A stretch of DNA of 31,737 nt from Nanobdellota archaeon (GTDB taxonomy: Archaea > Nanobdellota > Nanobdellia > Woesearchaeales > GW2011-AR4). The stretch spans positions 1-31,737 of the forward strand of contig JBBSWH010000016.1 in NCBI GenBank assembly GCA_038046385.1, in the 5' to 3' direction. This document shows, in pieces, positions 10,401 to 22,400 of the stretch. Under the pieces are notes generated by a model, which saw only the letters and a list, made by a program, of their open reading frames with translations, did no database searches and was not told where the DNA came from. The position numbers and the translations under genes were made by a program. Positions within the stretch are counted from its first letter, which is position 1. Each line of letters opens with the position of its first letter.

Positions 10401-13400
10401 CGCACTTGCCGCAACTCCATTTTTATACAGGCTTCTTTTGCTTCCGGAAAGGCTGATGTTAGGATAATATGAGTTATAATTAGCAGCGGGCTTTGCCCCG
10501 TTCTCAGTTATGTCAAAATAAACATGATAAATTCTTATTGTGCTGTTTGGAGTGGATCCGTTCATTATCCAGCTTAGCCTTCCGTATGCACTGCTTGCGG
10601 CGCTGAATGAGCCGCCGCTAACAAACTGGTAAGGTACTTCAGCTGATTTGTTGTTTATCCATTCTATGACCCTTATGGAATTTGAATCAAAAATTTTTCC
10701 AGTCAGTCCAAGATCACTTATAAGGACCCTGCTGAAGTTTAAATCAGTCTCCACAAGCGCGCTTTTTCTCGGAGAGTTTGAAGAATTAATTTCTATGGGT
10801 ATCCTGTACTTCCATGCAGAATCAAAGAAGGGTGCAGTCGTGTTGCCTCTTATAATATTGACATAAACATCAGATGCAAAAGGGCTAAATGACAAATTGG
10901 TGGTGTTGACAGTAATCAGTGCTGTTTTTCCCTGCTCATAGGAAGTCTGGTTAGGATAGACATCGGCAACTATCTGCCTGGGCGCAAAAATGGTAAAATT
11001 AAACATTTCGGACAATTCCGAATTGTTTTTTGGCGAGTTATCGGTGCAGTTTACTGTCCAATTGTAAAATCCATCCGGCAGATTAGTCAGATAAAAGTAA
11101 TTTGCCTCTAATTCAGTTATAGTGCTGTTTGTAATATTTGCCCTGTCGTTTAATATCAGTGTGCAGTTTGCAATTGAATAAGAAGAATCTGCTGAAGTGT
11201 ACTGGAATGTCACATCAGCCCTGTTGATAAAACTGTTGTTGTCCGGGCTTATTAAAGTTGTTACAGGCGGAGTTACATCTTCCCCTATTGTAAAGTTTCT
11301 GAATTCAGACTGGCCAGCATTGAGGTTTGTAGAATTGTCAGTGCAGTTGACGCTCCAGCTGTAGTCCCCAAGGCCAGTGTCATTAAGCGTGAAATTAAGC
11401 TTTGCATCTTCCTGCGGCCTGAACATAGTCTGGTTTCTTGTTCCGTTAACAACAAGCGAGCAGTTTGCAATTCCGGATGCAAAATCAGTCACATTAAATT
11501 TAAATGTCAAGTTTCCGTCTATATCCTGTATTGCATTGTCAGGTTCAATTATGCTTATTGTAGGGGCAACAACATCCGGGCCGACAATTATAATTCTTTC
11601 CAGTGAGCTTCCGACAATGAAATCCTCTGTTGAATCTGTGCAGTTAACGCTCCATCCGTACACTCCGCTTGTCATATTTTCCGCAGTAAAGTTAAGCCGT
11701 GTATTCTGCACAACCCTGCTGGAATTTGTCTGGTTTAAGCTTCCATTCAGTATCAATGCACATGATTTTATCGGGAATGAATCAGAAACATTGTAGAAAA
11801 ATGTGACGTTGTTTATTATTTCCTGCGTGAAGTTAACCGGGGAGACAAGCTGAACAACAGGCGCTGAAGAGTCAAGCAGCACGCTCAAATTCCTTTTTTC
11901 AGAAGCCCCGAGGTTTCCATTTTCTGAGTCATCAGCGCAGGTTATGTTCCAGTAGCGGTCTGCGGTTGTCAACCCGGTTATGTTGAACTGCTGCAGCACC
12001 CCTTCCTGTATAGTTCTGTTGACATAGGTATTGCTTCCGGCAAAAAGCGTGCAGTTTGAGATTCCGGCTGCAGCATCGCTTACTGTATAGTTAAAAGTGA
12101 CGTTGCCGTTGCTGTCGCTGTAATTATCCGGCGGGCCCAGCAAAGTGACAACAGGCCCAATGTTATCATTTATTACTGTGAGGTTCCTGAAAGCAGATTC
12201 CCCTTTGTTTAAATTCTCAGAGTTATCAGTGCAGTTGACGCTCCAGTTATATTCTCCGTCATTGAATCCGCCCACCGAGAAGTTTTGCAGTCTATCCTCA
12301 ACAACAAATGTGGTGTTTGTTCTGTTTATATTGTTGTTTATTATCAGGCTGCAGTTTGCCAATTCAGATATTGTGTCGCTTACGTTATAGAAGAATGTCC
12401 TGTTGCCGTCAGTGTCAACTGTTTTGTTTGGAGGGTTTACAAGCTGCACAATCGGGGGCTCAACATCCAGTTTTACATTGAACATTCTTGAAGAAGAGTT
12501 TGCAGTGTTGAATCTTGATGAATTGTCTGTGCAGTTTACCTGCCATCTGTAAGTTCCGTTGTTGAAACCCGACATTGAGAAGTTCTGCGTTATGAGCTTT
12601 GTGATTGAATTGTTTGTAATATTCTGTGTGTTGTTTATTATCAGGCTGCAGTTCAAAATATTTGATGCAACATCGTTTGCAATGTAAAAGAAATCCAAAT
12701 CCCCGTTTGTGTCATTATATCCTTCTGATGGGGATTGGAGCGTTACATCCGGAGGAGTAGTGTCAATACCTATGGTGAGGTTTCTTATTTCCGATATATT
12801 GGCATTTTTATTTCCCGAATTGTCGCTGCAGTTGACATACCATTGGTAGAACCCGTCGCTCATATTAACTGTGAAATTCTGGGAAGTGTCCTCCAAAATT
12901 CCTTTTTTTGTAGCATTCAGGATAAATGAATTGCTTTTGTTGATGTGCAGGCTGCAGTTGTTTATTTCTGATGCAAAGTCGCTCACGTTGTACCTGAATG
13001 TGATATTAATTCCGGTAAACGTGCTGTTGCTTAGCTCTATGTTATTCGGGGGGAACTCCAGCTTCACAACAGGGGGATCAACGTCAGTAGCTGAAAGAAA
13101 AGTTCTTGTGACAGTTGTTGCGACATTCCCGTTTTCAGAAGTATCAGTGCAGTTTATGCTCCAGTTGAAATATCCGTTTAGATTATCATTGACTGTAAAG
13201 TTTACTCTTCTATTTTCAGCAACGCTGAAATTAGTCTGGTTCCTCGTGTCATTTATTGAGAGGGTGCAACGCGATATATTGGTTATCAGATCGCTTACAT
13301 TGTAAATGAATGAGACATTTCCTGTGGTATCCTGATAGAATTCTGCAGGGAAGAAGATAGTTATAACGGGCCCTTCAAGGTCCTCAAGCGCGGTAAAGTT

Positions 13401-16400
13401 GAATATTTCAGATATGTTGTAATTTCTTGACAAAGAATCATCGCTGCAGTTGACATACCAGTTGTAGGTTCCGTTGTTGAACAATGAAACATTGTTGAAT
13501 ATTTTTGTCCCTCCGTCTGTTGTTGAAATGTCATCCTGGGTTGCGTTCAGGGTGCCGTTTATGTACAGCGCGCAGTCTGCTGTCCCGGTCAGATCGTCGC
13601 TTAGCGTGTAGTTAAAGGAAACATTCAGGTTAGTGTCTGTGTAATTGTTGAAAGGCCTTCTGAGCGTCACAACGGGATTTGTTGTGTCGACTGCAATAGT
13701 GAAAAGCCTGTTTCCTCCTGTCCCAGTGTTCCTGTTTGAAGAATCGTCAGTGCAGTTGACAGTCCACCGGTAAAGCCCGTTTGGAAGTCCAAATTTAGTG
13801 AAGTTAAGCCTTGCATTTTCCAGGATTGTTGTATTTGACTCATTGAGGGTGCTGTTTATTAACAGGGTGCAGTTTGCAATTCCGGAAAGGGCGTCACTTG
13901 TATTATAAACAAAAAGCATGTCGTTTACTTCGCTTATATTATTGTTAAGGGGCCTTATTATGTTCACAGCCGGCGCAGTCTGGTCTGTAACTATCCTGAA
14001 TAATGTAAAATTAGTTGCATTATTGTAGCTGACTGCGCCTGCAAACGAAACAAGAGAATACTCCCCGTTGGTAAGATTTGATATGTTGAAATTAAAGTTA
14101 AATCCGCCATCTGCGCTGGTGTCGTTTACTGTTGTGTTTATGAGCACCTGTTCTGTGCCGACAGAAGCTGTTATGTTAAAAGATCCAAACCTGTAACCTG
14201 TGATATTAACATAATCAAACCAGCCGTCTTCATTGTTGTCTGCAGTCGCGTTGAACCTGAAAGTGAAGTTTCCAACATACATCCTCGAGCTCAATGTCTT
14301 ATTTTCTATCACCCAGAAGTTTTCCTCGCCGCTGCATGTAGATGTCGTCCCCTGCCCGACCAATGAATCATTTTCTCCCCATTCAGTTCCATTGTTCATT
14401 GAAAAACTCAGAGAATCATCGTTGTCGTCGTATAGGCACGATATAAAATAAGCAAATGTCAGGTTGACAATATCATATCCTGTAAGGTTGGTAGTATTAA
14501 GGGGCCTAGCCTGGGCGTTAGTGACGGCACCAGCTGCCTCTGCCGCTGCTGATCCTGTCGGGAAGGAGGTAGTTGTAACCCTTGACCAGCCGGTGTCTGC
14601 CTTCCAAACAGATGCAAAATTGCTTGTTTCAAAATCATCTGCGAACAAAAGATATCTAACTAATTTTATCGGGGCATAATTTGTATTGGAGGCGCCGCTG
14701 TAATTATAGTATGCATAATAATTATTTTCATTTCTAGCATTTGCAGATATATTTGCAGGGAACCTTATGTAGCACCAGGTTGAGTCGTCTCCGTCCAATA
14801 CATTAAAAGGAACTTCTGCAAACATCAATGACCTGTTTCTTATTATCCTGAGCTCATTTTGGCAGCTTTGGATATATCCGCCTAATTCAGTTATGTTTGC
14901 AGTTATTGTGTCATTTCTTCTTCCAAGGTTTCCGGTTTCATTCAGGAAAATCGGCTTTCTCCTTATCCAGCTTTCATTCCACCATCTTAAGGAGGTGTTT
15001 TGGAATATGAGGTTGGTTGTTATGCTGGAGTTTAGCCTGTTGCCTAGTGAATCGGTAGTGTTTAAGACTACAAAAGCAGTTTCAGTGTCTTGCGTGCCTT
15101 TTTGATAGACAGAATTGTCAGTTGCAACTTTCAAGCCCATCCCAGATATTCTTGTAATCGTGAAGTTTCTTGTTTCAGAATTATTCTTGTTTAATGCAAA
15201 GCTGTTGTCAGTGCAGTTAACGCTCCATATGTAGAACCCGTCGTTGAAAGCAGATGGATTGAAGGAAAGAGTCTGGTATTCGGAAGGGGAAGAAATTGTT
15301 GTGTTCATTGTATTGTTTACTATCAGGGTGCAGTTTGAAATTCCGGAAGAAGCATCACTTACATTGTACTGGAAAGTTATAACTCCGTCTGTGTCAGTGG
15401 ACTCGCTTGATGGATTGATAAGGATTACAATCGGGAAATCCAGGTCTCTTGTTACATTAACTCTTCTTGTAGAAGAGTTTCCCATGTTATGGGCGCTTGC
15501 CGTGTCAGTGCAGTTAACGCTCCAGTTGTACACTCCGTCAGGCACATCATAGACTGTGAAATTATTATATTTGAACGGGAATCCCTGCTCAATTATTGTA
15601 TAGTTTGTTTTGTTTATTTTTCCGTTTAGTATGAGGCTACAGTTGGCTATTGTTGATGTTGCATCATTCACCCTAAAGTCAAAAAGAACATCGTTGTTTG
15701 TGCTGTTGTACCCGTCAATTGGGTTTCTTAATATTACAGCTGGAACATCGGTGTCCTGCCCTACTATAAACTGCAGGAAGCTGGAATTGCCCATTATCCT
15801 GTTTGTTGAATTATCGACGCATTTGATCCTCCAGAAGTATGGGCCTCCGTTGTCAAGCCCGTTTATTGCTATGCTAAGATTTCGGTTCTTCGTAATGGAA
15901 GAATTTGAAACATTGTCTACAGACTGGAATTCCAGTGTGCAGTTGCCTATTGCAGATACTGCATCGCTTACATTATAGGCAAAAGTTATGTCTCCATCAA
16001 TCTCCTCTGAATTATTCACAGGAAGGGAAACCTGTACAATTGGAGGGGTCTGGTCCGTTGTGTTAAAGACTATCCTGTTTGAATTAGATAGATCGCCTTG
16101 AGTATCATTGCAGTAAAATGTTAAGTTGTGCTGCCCCTCTGAAATTGCAGTTGTGAAATTATAAAAGTGAGTTGATGTGTCATTTGCAAGCGGAATTCCT
16201 GATGCAAGCTTTATTGACGCAAAATCCAGAATGAAATATGACGACTGGCCAGGCACGGAATTCGTCATCCTCGGCCTTATCCTGAGCCTTATCTGGCCGC
16301 TTGAAGAATTTATAAAATTGCTTAGGGTGCCGTTTGGATAATATAAATTGCTGATTAAGTTGCCGTTGCTGTTAGTGCTCAGTGTTCCCATACTTGCCCA

Positions 16401-19400
16401 TTTTAAGGCCGAGAAATTGTAAATGGAAACATTCTGGTCAGCTTCTAAAGTGCCGGTAGCTGCTGTCCCGCTGCACCTTATGTTTGATCCGGATTTTGCA
16501 GCATGGCAGTAAGTGATATTGAAAGTTATGTTTTTCAGGTATTCAGGCCTTACGAATTCATCAATTGTTACTGTTATCGTGAAATTGGCGCTTACTTCAA
16601 ATGGCGATGAGACCTGGTCGCCTGCATACCATATCGACCTGTTGTCAGGCGAGGTAATATTCTTATAGTCGCCTGCAGATTCAGTGGCGGTTGCGGAAAG
16701 CGTGCTGTTGACCATCAATCCCTTTTTGTTCTGGTCAATCTCGTATTCGCAGTATTCTCCCGAAGGGAAACTGATGTAGCTTAACGATGCATTTGCCCAG
16801 AAGCCTGTTGCGTCCTGCACTGAATTATTCAGCGGGCTTTGCACATTTATGCGCAAATAATCCAGGGTGAAGAAGAAGGTGTCATTAAGGAAAGTGCCGT
16901 CTAAATTTTGCATGATGTTATAGCTGGAATTAAAAAATGCAACGTATGCTTTATAAGTCCCCAAAGGATTTATTTCAGTGTTCCAGATATTTGCTGCCCA
17001 GAGCCTTGAAATGTTTGTTGTCGAATTTGCCTGCACAAGCCGGGAAGAATTGTAGACTGTCTGCATCAACCCCCCTGAAGAATTGAACACCTGCATTATC
17101 AGCCTTCCTGAAATGTTTGACCCTCCGTAATTCTCAAGCTTCGAAGGCGCTTCAATTGTGTAAAAAACCCCTGTCCAGTTTATTGTGTCGTTTTGGTCAT
17201 TCTCATTGTCTAAGTCAATACCCCTTACTCTCATTTTCCTGTTAAGAGAGTTATTCCATGTATTGAGTATGCTTGAATTTGTGATACGCATTGAGCAGTT
17301 GTATCTAAAGTTCCCCGCTGATTTGTATGTTTGATTCAAATAACAGACATTGGAATAAGGATAGCCTGTTCCGTTGAAAAGTTGGACTTCAAGATCAGGA
17401 AAATCATTGTTTGCGTTGACAGAACCGGTTGCATTGTAATAGCTAATTTCCACAAGTACTTTTACGTCGCTTATTTTTGTGAAATTTTGGCCTGAAGTTG
17501 TGTTGTACTCCCGAAATGAAGTGTTGCCTTCATTGTCTTGCACCATCTTTCTTGCGATTATAATTATATTATCGAACCACGCACGAGTGTCTTCATCATT
17601 TGCGCTTGTGTCAGTCATATACGCGCCGACATCTAAGCTGTCTGTTCCGTTCGAAAGCGTGAAGTTGAATACCCTCGGGCCACCCTGATATCTTATTGGG
17701 GGAGTTGGACCGAGCATCGTGTCGATTAAAACATCTGATCCAGAACTTGCGTTTCTCATATACACAAAAGAGTTCTCATTATTGTCGGGCGATCCCTCCT
17801 GGGTGAAGTTATAATAGTAGTAAAAATCAACCCAAGCATAGCTTGTAAGTGTAAAACTTTTGTTCCATCCGCCGGAAGTTGGCCCTGTTGATGCAAGGTC
17901 AATGTTTACTAAAAGGCACGACCCTGCGTTAAAGCACCCAACACCAGATGCAACATATGTTCCGTCAACCCCATCGGAATTAGTTGCAGATTGGTAAAGA
18001 TTATCCTTATACACGAACCCTTCTTCATCACTGTCGAATGTTGAGTTGACTAGAACAACATCCGTCGTTGTGCTTCTTGTATCAGGTTCAAGATCAGAAG
18101 AGATGAATCTCGAGATTGGACTTAGGTTTACCTCCCTGTTGCTTTTGTATGACTGATTGAATGTTTTTATGCTTATGATTGATCTGATAAAGTTCGCCTG
18201 GAATCTCCCTACAGTGCTTGCATTGACTTTTCCTGACCGGTCTACACATGTTACATTCCATAAGTGAGGGCCTTCATCTATTTTGGTGAAATATCCGGAT
18301 AAAGTACCGTTTTGTGATGAAATATTGGTAACGAACTGGTTGTCGATAGTGACGTTGCATGTCATTATTGTATCAAGATTGTCAACAACCAACCACGTGA
18401 AGTTGAGAAATTCCCTGCTTATGTTTGAATTGTTCAGAGGGCTTGTGAGATTGACAACATTGGGAGCGACATTGTCAATTATGAAGGTAGTGTTTCCCTG
18501 GTTGTTTCCATCGTTAGTGTTCCCGATTGCGTCCCTGCATTTTATGAAATAAATATACGATCCCTCTGCCAGTGACCCCAGGCTTTGTGAATGTGATGTG
18601 CCTCCTGTCGTAGAAAATAATGTGCCCCCTATATCAAAATTGAAGCTTGAATTGGAGTTGTTGTATCTGCATGTTGCAGATTCATCTGTGGATAGACTCA
18701 ATGTTATCGGGTTCGAAGGAGAAGAGCCATCCTGCGGGCTGATTCCCGATATCACTGGAACTTCAATATCTGATGTGTAGTTTATCGTGACGTTTTCAAG
18801 TTCAGGAGATACATAAGGGTCCGGGGTCTTGAACACTGCTCTGTATTGTACATACATGCCGATATCATCTGTAAGTCCCTGTATTCCACTGTTGTTAAGA
18901 TATGCTGTGCTCCAAGGAGTGAAAGTGATGCTGTTATTACTCACTCTTGTGTAGAGTGTTACATTTGTATAGGCGGTAATGTTGAATCCGGCATGGTATG
19001 TGGTGCCAAAGTATGTGGCAAAGGCTATGTCTGTGGTGAAACCAGTCTGGGAGTTGTCAGACAGCCTGCTCACATTCTTGAAGAATGATGTGATATCATT
19101 GCCACCAGAATGATAGTCCACCCCTGTCATATCCTTAAAGTTAAATCCTGCAGGAATTGTGTAAACCCTTGCTGTTGTGAACTTGAATGGCGCAGCTTCT
19201 TGCGCAGCTTCTATGAATGTCCCGTTGTTGAAGAAAACAGCAGCGCCTGTATTGTCAGTGTCTATTGCAAATCCGATTATGTTGCTTACGTTGAATCCAG
19301 GGGGTATCGTCCATGTGTTGAGCCCGTTTAAAAAGTCTATGTCTGAAGTTAAATCCGCCTGGCTGGTATCAGCCGCAGTGCTGCCGTTTTGAAAGAATGC

Positions 19401-22400
19401 GTATGCGACATCTGAGTCGCCGTCAAATCCCAATCCCAATATGTCGCTGTAGGAAGTGTCAGGCGGGATGGTGTACCTTCTGAGCGCAGTCGTAAAGTCG
19501 AGGGCCGCACCATAACTTGCTGCAGTCTCGTCTGTGCCAAAAGATCCGTTCCTATAGAATACAGCTGCCATGTCAGCAGGGCCGTGCGTTGCATACCCTA
19601 TGACATCAGAGGAATTTGGCAAGGATCTGCTCCAAGAAATTTTGTCATAGGCAGTCTGGTTTACCGTTGAGTTGAAGATTCTTGACGTGAAATTTCCTGA
19701 AAAGTTAGTGTACTTTTTGATGCCGCCACTCATGTTTCCCGGCAAGAAAGTAAAATTTAAGGTCACATTTGCTGTTGCGCCAAACCCGGAGAGGTTTGTC
19801 TGATGCATTATCCCATCTCCAAAATCCGCGTTTGATGTGTCAACAAAGAATGACGCGAAGTTGTTCGCATAGGCTATGCCTTCCCCGAACTCGAAGCGCA
19901 GGATATGCTTTCCTGGAGTGATTACCTTGCTTCTCTCCGTGCTTATCTCGCTGCAGTTGTAATTTGGAATGAAAACAGAAGAATTTTGCGCCCCGTTGTC
20001 TATCCATGTGTAACCCATCACAGTTGCGCCGCACTTCAATTCAACAAACATCAGGTCATAGTTCTGGTTGGTGTTGCTCCACTCTGTGCCGTTTGAAGCG
20101 GAGATGTACAAATCTGCAGTTCCTGTTGCGTTGAACTGGACAATCCATTCTCCCCCTACTGTAGGGTAACTCTGGACATTCAGTATTGTTATGTTTGACT
20201 CTCCAAATCCCGGATCGTTTGGATCAATTTGTACTGTGTAATCTTCGCCGGGAGTTATGTCCATAATATATTTCCATTCTCCAAGGCAGGATTGCGATGC
20301 AAAATCCCAGTCCTTGCACTTGAACAATGATTTTCCTGATGCAGTTGCTGTTATTGATCCGCTTGTGAAGTTTATTGCAGGGTCTATCGCGTACATCTTG
20401 TCCCATTTTTTTGTTGTGTCTTTTGCGCTTGGGACATCATCAATCCCGATGCTTGCAGTTATGTCAGAAAATCCGCTTATTTCATTTATGACAATCTTTT
20501 TTATGTGCTTGCCTGAAGGCGTTATCACAATGTCATTCTTTTTTGTAAGGTTTAGCAGTTTTGATACGCCGCTGCCTGAGCTTTCGGCAAGAATCCCGTC
20601 GGCATAAATGTCATACACTGCGCTTACTACATTTCCGCCGGAATCTTTTGAGCCGATTGCTACATCAATTGCCTTTACAATTTTTATCTTGAACTTTTGC
20701 TCTGAAAGCCTTGGAACATTCCAGCTCACTTTGTCAATTAACCCATTGCCGTTCGTATCAAGCAAAGTGGCGTTGAATTCCGGCATTCCAACAATGTCAA
20801 CTTCGCTTCCGTTGACTATCCAGAAAATCCTGACTTGCTTCGGGTTCGACTCGTCTATGTCAGAATAAGAAAGGACATTGGAATAATGCACGCTTGCATT
20901 GCTTGCAACAACAATCTCCGTTTCATCTGTTTTTGGGGTTGAATTTAGAGTTTCACGTTTTTCAGGCGCGCTTGTTTCAAACTCTGCAGTGTATTCTTTT
21001 TCCTCGAACGGAAGAAGCTCGTCATTGAACTCAAGTATTGAATTTGAATCATCGTGCTGCGTAATTGAAGAATCAAGGCCCCAGGAGTCGGAAAATATCT
21101 CAAGAGACGAGACTTCTTTCGGTATCGGCACCTGCATTGAAACGCGGTCAGATTCCCTGTTCCTGAACTTTATTGTTTTTTTCCACTTTACGGCCTTGCC
21201 TATCTCTGCTTTTGACTGCGTTTCTTCTGTGCTGAAAAACGGCTCGGATGCTGCGGCGCCAGATACAGTAAAACTTTGCTCCGCAGCATTTCCATTGCTG
21301 TCATGTGCCGTAACCGTGTACAGCCCCTCAAAAGGTGGCGCAAATAAGAGCTCCGGCACATATCCGGAAGATAGAGTGAATGTTTTTCCGCTGAAAATAA
21401 TTTTTACATCTGAAAGATTTGTTTTTATTGTGATAGCCTCTCCGAGCCTGTAATTGCTTTTGTCAAGAGTTATGCTGCTCGGAAGCAGATTTCCCTTTTC
21501 TTTTAGCTCATTGAAAAAGTCAATCTCGTCGCTCAATCCCCAGTTAAACAGGATTTCTTTTTTGTATATTTTTTTGTTGTATTTTCCCGCAATAACCAGC
21601 CTGTAGATGCCGGGCTTGATGTTTGCGTTTGATGCAACTGTAACTCTGAACCTATCAAACTCAACATGCTCAAGACCCAATGAAAAATCGTCATCTTCTT
21701 CATGTTTGGAAACATAAGCAGTTACCTGCTCAAGAATTGTGGACTGCAATGCAATCTGGGCTGCATTTCTTGTTATTTTGTCTGAAAAGTCTGCTTCAAT
21801 GACTGCATCCTGATTAATATTGAATGAATACTGCACGCTTCCGAGGGCCTTTTCAGCGCTTAATACAGGCCTTGCAGCAACAGAGAAAGAATACGATGCA
21901 AGCACAGTGCCGGTTTCTTCTATTGCAACATAATAATCCCCCACATCTTTTGGGAAGAAAGTAAGCCTGTCTCCAAGAACTCCAAAATATTTGTAGACAT
22001 TCTGGCCGGATTTAATGTAAAACTGCAGGTCGCTGTCTTTCGGCAAAGTTAATCGGAGCTCAACACTTTCCCCAATGATGTACCTTTTCTTTTCAGAAGT
22101 TATCCTGACATTTGATTTTTTTATTTTTAATGGGTCAAAAGTTTCAACAGTGAAATTTGTTTTTGCCTCTGATTTGGTGCTTGCAAGGCTTACCTCATAC
22201 GAGCCCAGGCTTCTTGGCACAAATTTTAATTGATTTTGCAGCTGCCCGAGAAAATAGAAAACATCAGTTCCGGTTTTTATTGAAAGGTTATATGTGCTGT
22301 TTAAGTATCCGGAATCAATGTAAATTGTAACAGTTTCCCCTATTTTGTAAGATTTTTTGTCGGTGAAAACACTCAATTCAGCTGGGTTTATGACTGCAAA

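Noticed and set aside
8030-15530. Recurrent ~20-bp motif CAGTGCAGTTnACGCTCCA as a CRISPR-like array
   Set aside because: Spacing is ~300 bp or more, copies vary at codon third positions and they encode the W.VNCTD motif of the Ig repeats.
1853-21715. Dozens of short ORFs overlapping the 717-aa and 6275-aa genes
   Set aside because: Antisense or alternate-frame shadows of long genes, with no motifs or RBS support.
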